Shown here in pieces: positions 50,710 to 62,399 of a stretch of 64,000 nucleotides of DNA. Under the pieces are notes generated by a model. The model ran no database searches. It saw only the letters and a list, made by a program, of their open reading frames with translations, and was not told the origin of the DNA. Origin of the DNA: Psammoneis japonica (taxonomy: Eukaryota); the NCBI GenBank assembly GCA_008632985.1, contig QPGO01000135.1, positions 124,001 to 188,000 of the forward strand. Direction: 5' to 3'. The position numbers and the translations under genes were made by a program. Every line of letters begins with the position of its first letter. The stretch's first letter is position 1.

Positions 50710-51630
50710 GGTAGACAAAAGTGGTGTCAGGACAATCAATTCTGGTTGGGAAGCGAAGGTAGACTCGAAACTTGGGTGAGAACAGACTTGACTTGAAACA
50801 GACTTGACTTGAAATCTTGAACTATCTTAAAATCAGAAGTCGCCGGGCTTTGTCATCCCGTTCGTTGTTAAGTGCTAAACTTCCTATCCGGTCCGTAGAG
50901 TTGTGCCGGCACGTCCGAACCCGCAGCTAGTGGCGCTTTGGGTTGCTTATGAGCGGAGTAGCGGGTTGTAAACCCCTGCAGGTAAGCTGACTAGAGGTGG
51001 ACAAGACCCCCGAACCGTTCTTATTTTATATCGGTTGGATTTCCCGATCAGGCTGGCCAGTTGACGTAGGCGTTAGGCGCTGTGGACGAACGAACAAACG
51101 CGGGAAAGCACCCTCGCCCCAACGTAGGCTGTAATCACGGCTGCTTGCTCTCACAGTCGTCCTCGTGGACCTAGTAGAACTGTAGAGCACCAGTAGTCCG
51201 GGGTAGATCAGGTACAATGGACTCGGTGTGCTTGTAGAGTGGTAGCAAAACCGTAGTCCGAAGAGTGGGTACAGGTTCTTGGCCGTGAAGATATGTATAT
51301 ATATATGTCTTCAGCGACGAAGATCCCCTGAATATGTAGGGTTCTTGACCGTTAACCGATGAATAGGTATATCAAGGGATGAGGATCAAGGATAGACTTG
51401 GATATGACCGTTGAATGTATGTCTTCAGCGATCAAAGGTAGTATAATCAATCCAGATATCCAGCGGTAAGGAGACTTGACGGTGACGTTAACTTCCTGCC
51501 GATGCCCTGGTATTGAATGCGCGTAGACTTGCTGATGTATGTAGAATATATACGGAGGTCCACGTAGAATTGAAATAGCGTCGTTGGTAAATCAACGACG
51601 ACGATGGCGGTTGCTCAATGGGTTGACAAT

Positions 51631-51647
51631 GCGCAAGACTGTTAATC
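51631..51647 (-). promoter_or_regulatory. Primer binding site, probably for a 5' half tRNA-Asn(GTT)
   Basis: Directly inside the 5' LTR; the plus strand reads gcg caaga ct GTT aa tc, an anticodon arm. Confidence 0.65.
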
Positions 51648-51929
51648 TGACAGAAATTGAAGGCAAATGGCAAGAATTCAAACAATAACTCCTTACTGCT
51701 GTCTAAATGGCAGATGAGTCTCCGCTCAGAGACCGTTACAGGAGCCGAAAGACGTGTAAGTCGGTATAATCGGGCTACTGTTATTATTCTTGTGAGCCTT
51801 GTGGCTCGAAAGCAAACTACATCGCGCGTGAACGCGTGGAACTAAAGCACACAAAACTGTGCACGGTAAACTAAACAGCGCGCGACACTTCGCGCGCACC
51901 TAAATCCTGTTCAAATCCTGTCAAGGCAA

Positions 51930-52850
51930 CTGCAATGTGCTCAACCAACATGTGTTGTGGGGGATGAAAAGGTCCATTTCACCAGAGTCGGCAGTGGGAA
52001 TCAGATGTGCCATGCCTGCACACACGAGCATGATGGGACAGCTTTGACTTTCAACAGATTTGAGGTGACTCCCAGCTCAAAGCCAATCAACTGGGGGGCC
52101 CAGGTTGCCAGAGCATGCCCATCATTCTGGATCATGCCTCTTGGTTCCCGCCATGCCTGCAATGGCGTGAGATCTCTAGAGGACACCAGATGAACACATG
52201 CGTGGGGCACCTGGATCAGGTGCTGAATGTTTGTGCCATCTGTCTGCAGTGGAATGAGGTCATTCTCATCAGCTGGTTGTTGGCTGCAGCGGGTGCTGCT
52301 TGGGGCCCAGCCAGGTTGAATGGGGCACTGGGCAATTCCAAAATGTTGAAGTTGCCTGGCAACACACACCCCTGGGAATGAAACACACATCCATCCCATG
52401 GTGAGATGGCAACGGGGTCACAAATGTGCACTGATGGCATGCAAGCAACCCTGCATCCTGTCATGGTTCACCAAGGCCAAGAAAACCCTGGGTGCCACGT
52501 TGCCAAGGTCGACAATGTGCTTGGGCAATGTGGCAGAGGGCACTGGAGTGGCTCCATTGGTGAAGTGGTGGTTGAGGAGGTCTGCGCACTTGCCTTCCAA
52601 ATGGCACCTTTGGCCATCCATTTCTAGTGGCGGGTCTTGGGTGGTGCTAGCAGCGCACCTCTGGCAGCAACTGGGGGGACAGCAGCCACAACAACATGGC
52701 ACATGTTGCTCTCTTGGCATCAAATTGCAGCTGCTGCTGCAGCCTTGGCAGGCAGCAATGAGTTGCATCGAAGAATGCCATTGGCACTCCAATCTGTTCA
52801 AGGGTGTGGGTGACATGGAGAGCATCTGTCCCTCCCTCTCGCAGCTGAAA
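51930..52850 (-). pseudogene. Probable ORF1 remnant of a tyrosine-recombinase retroelement
   Basis: VPHACVHLVSSRDLTPLQAWREPRGMIQNDG resembles DIRS/Ngaro ORF1; recall only. Confidence 0.4.
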
Positions 52851-53240
52851 TGAGCCCTCAGAAATTTTCTTGGTTTACTTGGGAGGAAGATGTCAAGACA
52901 ATTGTTCATGCAGCATGTGCACATCTCTTGATGTGCGTTCAAGAAGATGCACATGTGACTCTGTCTGTCATTCTCTGTTGTTCTTTTGACATCTGCTGTT
53001 CTCTGGTCATGAGCACAATGTGACATGCACCTCCTCCAAAGAATCACATCAGGGAGAGAAAGGAATGAGATGCCGCGCATTTGTGGTCTCAAGGCAGCTT
53101 CCTTTTTGGATGATGACAGTGCCATTGGACTTTGTTTCATGCATTTCACGTGAGCCAAGTTGGTGCAAGGTGAGTTTGGATCAATGAGGGTTGTCATCAT
53201 GGAGAGAAACAAGGTCTCCTACTTTGGAGTCATGGTTGAG

Positions 53241-54199
53241 TCACCAAGAGTTCTCACATGCATCATCTGCTTGAGCTTGTTGTTGGTGGCAAGCACAGAT
53301 GGTTGGCCAGTGGATGTTGCATTGTGAGGGAAGGATCATGTCACATCCAAAAGCAAGTTGGCCAGCAGAGGCTTGCATGACAGTGTGCACCATCGAATTT
53401 GCTGCCCAAGTTGCCAAGGCTGTTGTGGCATTCCACGGATTCAGTTGATTGAACGCATCAGGATCATCAACTTGTTGGGCCTGTGTGCAGCTCCACAAAA
53501 CATTGTGGGTCCATTCAAGCAGTGAATTTGATTGTGGGTTCTGTGCTGTCACAGGCTTGGACTTGTTCCCATGAGAAACCAGTGGTTCTTGAAATTCAAC
53601 GCCTGCAAATTCCGCACTGTTGCCATGTGTGAAACAGACCAGGTGCAGAAAATTGCATGACCATGCTTGGTTGAATGCTCTGGCTGTTTCCAGAGCTGAA
53701 ACTGTGGAAATTTGTTCCGCTCCAAAACAGCAAGCAGCCATGTCCACCATTGCAAGGGCAGTCAGTGCCAAACTTTGGTGGTTGGCACTGGAGCCAGCAG
53801 CAAAGGCAATTGTTCTAATGGTGTGGACTGCTGCCTGTGACCTGGGGTCAATCTGAACGGCTTGCATGTCCTTGAGAGGTGTCTTTCCACACACTCTGTG
53901 GCTCTCTTTTGACCTCAGACAGGTCTGGCATTGACCCATCTTGGTCTTGACATCTCGGGTCAAACCCTGCCAAGAATGGCAGTGCTGTCTGAAGGTCTTT
54001 TCCATCCGTTGGATGCCTGGATGGCACAAATTGACATGACACCAATTTAACAAAGGTGCTTGTAGAGCTGCAGGAATGACAATCTTGTCCTTAAAAGGGC
54101 TGAACAAAGTTGTCCATCCTGCACCATGCAACTGCAGTCGGACAATTTCTTCCAACTCAGGTCGGTTTGAGCAAGTTGCAACACTTCTTTTGTGCACAG
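53241..54199 (-). pseudogene. Ty3/gypsy integrase remnant
   Basis: IVIP...WCHVNLCHPG...CQTC zinc finger, GNSAEF, NPQSNSLLE, VHTVMQASAGQLAFG. Confidence 0.85.
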
Positions 54200-57100
54200 T
54201 GACAGAAATTGAAGATGACTGGGTGGAAGAAAACAACAACTCCTTGCTGCTGTCTAAATGGCAGATGAGTCTCCATGCAGAGACTGTTGCAGGAGCCGAA
54301 AGACTGGTGTCGTTGATGTCGGCACTGCTGTCATCATTCTTGTGAGCTGTGTGGCTCAAAAGCAAACCACATTGCGCAACGAGCACGGAACCAAGAGCAC
54401 ACACAATTGCATGTGACAAACTAAAATCTTGTTCACATCCTGTCACTCCCCAGTTTGCTTGAGGGGTCAACAGCAACAGATGCAAGGTCAGATTGGTTGA
54501 AAGCCTCGGGATCGAAGTTCCAAAACATCAGAGGATGAAGGAGGTTCCAGACTTGGGAGTAACCCCAATGCTTGCTGAGGATGTCAGCTGGGTTGCAGGA
54601 ACCTTTGATGAAATGAAACTCAAGGAAACCGGAAGCAATCGCCTCACACACATGATGGAATGAGAGGGCAGTGTAACTTGGATTGTGGGATGGCAGCACT
54701 GTCCACAACTGACTTGTTGTCCCCAAACATGCAACATGTTTCACGAATGGGGATGCCAAGGTAATGCAAAGCAATGCATGGATCAATGATCTGCTCAACG
54801 CATGTCCTTGTGGCAACAAACTCAGATCCATGCGCAGCAGTCTTGACTGTTGCTTGTTTCTTGGAGAACCAATCAGCTGGGAACTTGTTGAGAAAATGGA
54901 GGATGCCAGTGACAGAGCATCCAGTGAGCATGCAATGGAACAAGTTTGTGTCAATGTAGTGTGTTGTGGTGATGAACTTGCCAAGCAGCTCTTCTGCCTC
55001 CCATGCACCGATTGGGCCCAGTCATGCACGGGCTTGGGAAGGTCTGAATGGTCGGGCTCTTTGGTGTGCACTTGGAGGGCACCATGATGCATCTTGGAGA
55101 GGAATCCGCAGATGCATTTGGCATGGTCTGGGTGGCCTTGATGGGGTGCTGCATGGAAGCCAGACAGAGACATGACAGCCAAAGTGGTGTCAATGCAATC
55201 AATGGATGCGGCCCATTGCAGGGAACCAACAAAGGATTGGAATTGGTGGATGCCCTCCAGTTTGAGTAATTTGGAGGTGTTGAGCTCAGGGTGGTCTCCC
55301 TTGTCAAGGGGGGAAAGCACATCAGTGCAGGGCTTTTCCCCAAAGAGGCATGCACAGCTGTCAACCATGCGCTCAATGTGCTTGTGAGGAGCAAGGCACA
55401 GGGTGCCGTCTGGATCATGGGTGAAGTCACAACCAAGATGGAACTGCAATGGTCCAGTGCCCTTGAGCATGAACTTGTGCTTCTCCATGAGAGTGTCTGC
55501 AAAAGCCTGGGGTTCCTTCATGGCAAAGGCCAGGTCGTCCACATGCACTGCCATGCACTCGCAGTGGTCACCATTCCCACACAGCCAGATGTCGGGTTTG
55601 GCTTTGCACGGGAAAAAACTTCAGCATGCAAGCAATTGGCAAAGTGTTCATGTCATCTGAGGCCAGAGCTGCGGAGTCCGTGTGAGGCCTTGTGGATGAC
55701 AAGGGTGTGTCCTTCCAGCTCGCCAAGTTCAGGGCCTGCTGCAATGTGCAGCTTCTCCTTGATCACAGCTTTGAGACAGGCGTTCCCAATGTCGGCAGCC
55801 CAAGTCTCTAGTTTGTTGAGTTTGGCCAGGAAGATCATCATTCGCAGGCCACAGAGAGACACTGCTCCAGAATGGACACTGTCGACAGGTGCATCTGTGA
55901 GGTGTCCATTGGCAACAAGCCTTGCTTTGTGCCGTTCGTCATGTTTGACGTCACAGACGAGATGCTCCCAAATCTTCTTGTGTCCTGGTGGAGCACTGGA
56001 ATCCTTGCAATGTCCACAGTTGTGGAAGACCTTTTGCTCATCAAGCTGAGTCATCTTGAGGTCCGTTGCATCTCCCCACTTGCGGTTGCCGTTGCGCTCA
56101 TTGAGGGCCAAGGCATGCTTGCAGTCCTGGGGCACTTCACACCCGCACTTGCAGCGTGGTGCAGTGCAAAAGGAGCCCAACTTGGCTTGATTGGCCATGC
56201 GAAACAGCTTCTTCTGATGCAGAGCTATCTTGCGGAAGCATTTCCAGCTGTCGGTCTTGAGCAAACCGTGTTTGCGTGCGCAAATGGCACATGTGACCAC
56301 ATGTGATGGGGTCGTCCTTGGCAATGATGGCAAGGGGTTCAGATGTGATCTCCCCATTCTCCCATTCAAGCATGACGTTGTAGCTTGAGCTTTTCCAAGA
56401 GGGATCATGGGGTCACAGTGGTCCTTCATGCGATGCGATGCATCGGAACTTTCAGAGGGCAGTGTCTTTGTCTTCTTGCTTGATGTGGTGCATGATGTCA
56501 TTGTGGGCCAGGACTTTCTCATGTTCATCATTGTTGATGGAGCAAATGAACTTGACCAGTTTGGGTTTGTCTCTGATTTTCCAGTCATGGTCCTCAATGG
56601 CTTTGATGATGCAAGCTCTGTGGCATTGTCTGTCTTCTTGTGGCTTCATGAGGAAGGTGTGTCCGATGATGTCCTTGGGTTAAAGACTGGCATTTTGGGC
56701 ATCCTGATTGCCTCCCCCTCTGATGAATCCGGTGAATCCTCGGAGTTGTGTCAGGATTTGATGATGGGTTCAGCAAATTCCTTTTCTGGAGGATCAAGAT
56801 GCAGGTTGGGAGTGGATGTTTCACAGGCGGAATGCACGTTCAAGCGGCAGAGAATCTTCTGAGTGTCATCAAAAAGAATCTTGAATGTCATGTGATGACC
56901 AACGTGTTTGGCAACACCAAGGAAGCCACCATGCAACTCGCGTGATTCAGATGGCCAGTCAGAGTCATTGAGGTGGCAGCACATGGGTTCCCACCATTGA
57001 AAGTGCAGGAGCAGGCTGATGTTGTGGGTAGAGCCGGACAGCACCTTGGTGGGGTTACACCAGCGAAGCTTGGCAGACGCTGTGTGGTTGAGCACAAACA

Positions 57101-57380
57101 CATGCACATCATGGCCAGCAGCCATGTGCAGCCTGGAGATCCAAAGCAATCCATGATGGTGTTGGCCATGGTCTTCACAGTTTGGTGGCAGTGTTCAGCA
57201 AAATTCTGGTGCTGTTGGTGGGGCTCGCTTTGCCAACTGGAGATGAAGAGGGCACGAAGGATGCCGAGAACTTTGTTGCTGATCTCAATCTGAGCACGGT
57301 GGCTGATGAGCTTGGACGGGGCACCATGATTGCGGACAATGTTGTCTTCGAGCATGTTGACAAATTCCTTGTCAATTTTG
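54200..57380 (-). mobile_element. Old 5'-truncated relative of copia family A (IN-RT-RH and 3' LTR 54200-54445)
   Basis: Collinear with 45094-48020; same PPT; RT motif decayed to AVHVDDL. Confidence 0.9.
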
Positions 57381-58269
57381 GTTCTGTTGGGAAGTGCAAT
57401 GCCTCTCATGGAGCTGCTTGAGGAAATGAAGCACAGAGGCTTTCCAGTGTGCACGACTCCTCAAGCACAAGACCCATGATGTGCTCCAGGAGATCCACGC
57501 AACTGAGACCATCACAACTGGCCATCAAGCAAGTGACTCACCTTGTGCAAAGGGTCTGCACAGGATGTGTGCAGCACTGAGAGTGAACAGTTCCACGTGA
57601 GGACTCAAGCTCTCTGTTTCTCACTGTTGCGCATGCACCTGCTCTGTGCAAAACAGTCTCAAAATTTTTCACACAACACAGAAAATCTCTGTCTCCACAA
57701 TCCAGGTGCTTGTGTCTTGTTCCTGCACAGGTCACAGCAACATTGCTCCCAGCAAGTGCAAGAACACCCTTCAATTGACCAACCAAAACTGTCAGCTGTG
57801 CTGCTGAGAAGAATGGATGCAACAAAATGTCATTTTCCTGCTCTCCATGGCTGTTTGGTTAAGAGGGCAGCAGAAAGCAAAGAACATGAAAATGTTGCTG
57901 GTGCAGCAAAGAATGTGTGCAAACACTTTGCAGAACTTTTGCTGCCCCTCAACAATGGCAGTGATGAACCACAAGTGCTGCCAAAGAATGAGAGAATTGA
58001 TCTCCTTGACTGCAGCATGCCACATGCTTCTCAGTTCAAGAATGGAACTCCAACATTCAACCCGCTTGACACAAATGCTGCAGATGTCACGTTTCATGAG
58101 CAATTCAAGAATTTTGTTCTAAAATTCATTCATTGCAGATGAGAGAGAAACTGACACTGATGACTGCCAAGATGGCAGCCAACTGCACAATTCTTGCGCT
58201 GTTTAGATGCGCGCCAAATGGCCAAGACAAAAGTGTCACATGAAAAGACTTGAGACAGCTTGCATCTGG

Positions 58270-59250
58270 GTGGCCACTTGTGAAAGGTGGAGCTTGAGAA
58301 TGGAGTCAAGGCATGGGGTTTAAGGTCTTCTTAGCACACCCAGGTGGTGGTCAAGAACATGAAAACTTGCTTGGCGTCAAGGGGTGAGAAGCTGCCAGCC
58401 AAGGCCCCAACTCCTCTCAGCAGCTTGCATCATCCTGAACTTGACATGGGAACTGTCACCATTGGATGCAGCCCACTGCCAGTTGCTCATTGGCATCCCA
58501 CATTGGATGGTTGAGCTTGGTCAACATCTGTCTTGAAGCCTCAATGATGTCCTTGCACTTGGCATCACCACAAGAGAGACACCTCGAACAGGTGCACCAT
58601 GTCTTTGCACACCTCAAAAAGTGACACAACACAGAGATGGCATTTGATCCCAGCAACCCTGTTGTTGACAAAGCATTGTTTGTGCAACAGGACTGGACAA
58701 CCTCCAAGTTTGGCCTTGCTGTGTGGGATGAGATGTCTGCCAACATGCCTCAAGCTAGAGGTCTTGGTGTGACTGTGCAAGCCTTTGTGGATGCAAACCA
58801 TGCAGGCGACTCATGGTTTCCTTGAGTGTCTTAACTCTTCCCCTGTGCACTGGATGAGAAGCAGACAAGTGTCAAGACAAGCTCGTTTGGGTCCAAGTTC
58901 ACCAGCATGAAGCAATGCATGGAGTGCATTCACGGGCTTTGGTGCAAGCTCTGGATGATGGGAATTCTGGTCATTGGATCGGCTTGTGTCATGGGGGATG
59001 ACCAGTCTGTCCTGGCAAACACCTCTGTCCCTGACTCAACGTTGAAGAAGAAATTCCATGGTCTGGCACACCACTTTGTCTGTGAGGGTGGAGCACATGT
59101 TGAGTGGGAGACGGCGCATGTCAATGTGCACCTGACTCCCAGCAATCTGCTGACCAAGATGCTTCCATCTGGAGAAAAATGCAATCAGTTCATGGGAATG
59201 TTTCTGCACCATCTTGGTGGGAAGGTGGAGCGGGCTGTGGCTGGCTGAAC
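58270..59250 (+). pseudogene. Copia RT/RNase H remnant (family D)
   Basis: AFVDANHAGD, LWCKLWMMGI, GDDQSVLAN, TLKKK, SNLLTK. Confidence 0.8.
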
Positions 59251-59614
59251 CACCTTCCAAAGCAGAGGGTTTCATCTGGAGAGTTCCCTGCCAGAGATGT
59301 GGGTTTTTGTTTGGACTTTCTCATTTGGTGGATGTGTTTGTTTGAAATTTACCATCAAATGATGTTGATGAGTCCCTTTGTTGGCAATCTAGCTTGACAA
59401 TGTAGCCAAGTCTAGATGGAGGGGAGTGTTTTAGTTTTTCCATTGTTGGATGGACAAAGTGACTGATGCATTTGTTGGCTCGGTTCTTGGAAAGTGAGAC
59501 TTTGTGACAATGTCTTTTACATTTTTTGAGAACATTGGTGGCAGACCGAGAGCTCCACTTGAGGATTGTCTCACAATTTGAACAGATCACGTTACATTGC
59601 TGATTTGTTCTGTC

Positions 59615-61043
59615 AATGCACTTTCAGCAGGAGACCACCCTGAGCTTGACACCAGCAAACTGCTTGGCCTTGATTGCATTTGTCAACTCCAGTCCTTGGT
59701 TGGTTCTCTGCAATGAGCTGCATTGCTCAGTCACATCAACATCACTGTGGCTGTCATGTTTTTCTCTGGCTTCCACATGGCACCCTGTCAAGGCCACCTG
59801 GATTGCACCAAACTTGTCTGCAGATGCTTGTTCAAGACACAACATGGTGCCCTGTGTGTGTGTGTGCCAAGGAACCTGACTGTTCAGACCTTCCCAAGCT
59901 CATGTGCAACTGGGCTCACACCACATGTGGTGAATTGGGAAAACTGATTCCCAAAGATGCACCCATGCCTCTTGGCCAGTTCATCACCATGACTCACTGT
60001 GTTGATGTGAACTTGTTTCATTGCATGCTTGCTGGTCACTCAGTGACAGGATTTGAACAGGATTTAGGTGCACGCGAAATGTCGCGCGCTGTTTAGTTTA
60101 CCGTGCACAGTTTTGTGTGCTTTAGTTCCGCGCGTTCGCGCGCGATGTAGTTTGCTTTCGAGCCACAAGGCTCACAAGAATAACAACAGCAGCCAGATTA
60201 TACCGACTTACACGTCTTTCGGCTCCTGTGACGGTCTCTGAGTGGAGACTCATCTGCTGTTTAGACAGCAGTGAGGAGTTGTTGTTTGAATTCTTGCCAT
60301 TTGCCTTCAATTTCTGTCACTCAGTCACAGGCATCATTCCTTTCCTTGATGAGTTCCCAGCTGATTGGTTCTCCAAGAAACAAGCCACAGTCCAGACTGC
60401 AACTTGTGGATCCAAGTTTGTTGCCATCAGGATGTGCTAGATCATTGATCTGCCCACCACATTGAGTCACCTCAGCATCCTGATTGTTGACACCTGTTGC
60501 ATCTTTGGGGACAACAAGTTGGATGTGGACAGTGCCACTGTCTCCCACACTCCAAGTTGCACAAGTGACACACTGCCCTCTTGTTCCATGGTGTGCCTGT
60601 GAGGTGATTGCCTCAAGGTCCCTTGAGTGTCACTTCATTGAAGGTTCCTGCAATCCCACTGACATTTTCAGCAAGCACTGGGGTTGCTCACAGATTTGGA
60701 CCCTCCTCCGTCCTCTCACATTTTGGAACTTTGATCCCAAGGCCTTTGGCCAATCTGATCTCCAATCTGTCTCTGTGGCTTCCTCAAGAAAACTGGGAAG
60801 TGACAGGATTTGAACAAGATTTTAGTTTGTTGCACACAGTTGTGTGTGCTCTCAGTTCTGCTCATGACTGGTGATGCAGTTTGTTCTTGGGCCAGATGGC
60901 TCACAAGAACACAACAGCAGTGCAAATGTCATGACGCATGTCTTTCAGCTCATGCAACTGTCTCTGCACAGAGAATCATCTGCCATTCAGCAGTGAGGAG
61001 TCATCATTTTCTTCCACCCATTTCCCCTTCATTTTCTCTGTCA
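59615..61043 (+). mobile_element. Old family A relative: RT end, RNase H and 3' LTR (60801-61043)
   Basis: CVDVNLFHCMLAGHSVTG, FPADWFSKKQATV, NPTDIFSKHWG; PPT aactgggaag followed by tgacaggattt. Confidence 0.85.
60044..60319 (+). mobile_element. Solo LTR of the young family A element
   Basis: 276 bp, reverse complement of 51648-51923; perfect TSD CTCAG (60039-60043, 60320-60324); removing it restores the host RNase H frame. Confidence 0.95.
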
Positions 61044-61574
61044 TTTTGTTGCTTTGTGTTCTGCAGCAACAAAGAAACATGTAACTGGCTCAAATCAATG
61101 CTGTCTCAATGGGTGGATTTGCCCAGTTTCACAAATGCCAACCTGGCCAGCTCTTGCAGATCACTTTGCATGGTGCACACCATGAATTTGTCACATGCAA
61201 GCAGAGCACCTTCTGCCCTTTAGAAGCAGCACAAGACAACACACAAATGGCGCCATGAAGCACAGCTTCCAATTGCCAAGGTCAAAGCCACTTGCACAAT
61301 GGAAAAGAAACAACAGGTGTGGGTGTGCACATCAGTAAAAAAACACAAATTTCAAGTGCTGGATGCAAGCTGATTCAAAAGCATGCCATTGTTGGTGAGG
61401 AGGAGGAAAAGAAAATTCAAACTCAAGGCTCCCTCTCTCTTGTGTGCTGTCAAACATCATCCAATGTGCCCCCTTTCCTGCAGTGCTGAGTTTTCCACCC
61501 TGGCCAGGCTTTGTGAAAAGAAGCAAAGGGGTGGCAATCAATGGGTTGATTGCCCTCTGTTGCTCTCTTGCTCT

Positions 61575-62056
61575 GCTTCCTCTGGTGACTGATGCACTCT
61601 TGGTTGAGCTCTCAGGTGGGTTGTGGCACTGGCCATGAACACCAGACCTCAAGCTGGAGACCAAAATCTGGGAACCCGGATTTGGAACTCTAGCCAGAGA
61701 GCTGCAAAGGGTGGGTGGCATGGGCTGCAAGCAAAAAACTTGCTCTCTTGTCTCATCAATGTGCAGTGCAACATTGATGAAAAAGAGGAGTGAGCTTGAT
61801 GCAGCTCGGATGGTCTTGGCAGACTCATGCACTGCTTCCACAACACATGCTGCATGGCAGAAGCAGATTGTGAAAACAACCCCCTGCTTGCACAAGGGGG
61901 AGGCACAGACCACTGTCTCTCATTGGTCTCTGACTCTGTTTCCTCCAGTGACTTGTGCACTCTTGGTTGAGATCTCTGGTGGGTTGTGGCACAGGCCACA
62001 AACACCAGACCTGAAGCCAGAGACCCAAATCCAGGAACCCGGATTTGGAGCTCTAG
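61575..62056 (+). repeat. About 120-bp direct repeat pair (61575-61695, 61938-62056)
   Basis: gcactcttggttgag...ggaacccggatttgga.ctctag occurs twice. Confidence 0.75.
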
Positions 62057-62399
62057 AGCCACCACTCCACAGGGAGACAAGAGGCCACACACAAGAGAGA
62101 GGGAGAAAGTCAAGGAGAAGCAAGAAGAGAGGCAAGGTGAAGGAGGAAAGGCAAGTGGAAGTGGCCAAAGCATGTGGCACTGTGAGAGCGGCAACACTTG
62201 GCCTGGAGACCGGGCCAGGGAGAGAAGAAAATGAGTCAGGTGTGAATGCCAAGCAAGGGGAAGAAGCATGTTGTGAAGCCACACTGGCAGGGCTGAGAGA
62301 CAGTCCATGGGATTGGGCGACAGACCCCACCAGTTGCTCTGAAGACATGCCAACTGCCCAATGACCGCAAAGGTAAAAGAAAAACCAAGGCTGAGTGTC

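Larger units (their letters stand above)
44818..51923 (-). mobile_element. Young full-length Ty1/copia (CoDi-like) element, family A
   Basis: 276-bp LTRs 44818-45093 and 51648-51923 differing at 6 nt; perfect TSD AGGCA (44813-44817, 51924-51928); PPT aaactggggag; near-intact gag-pol. Confidence 0.97.
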
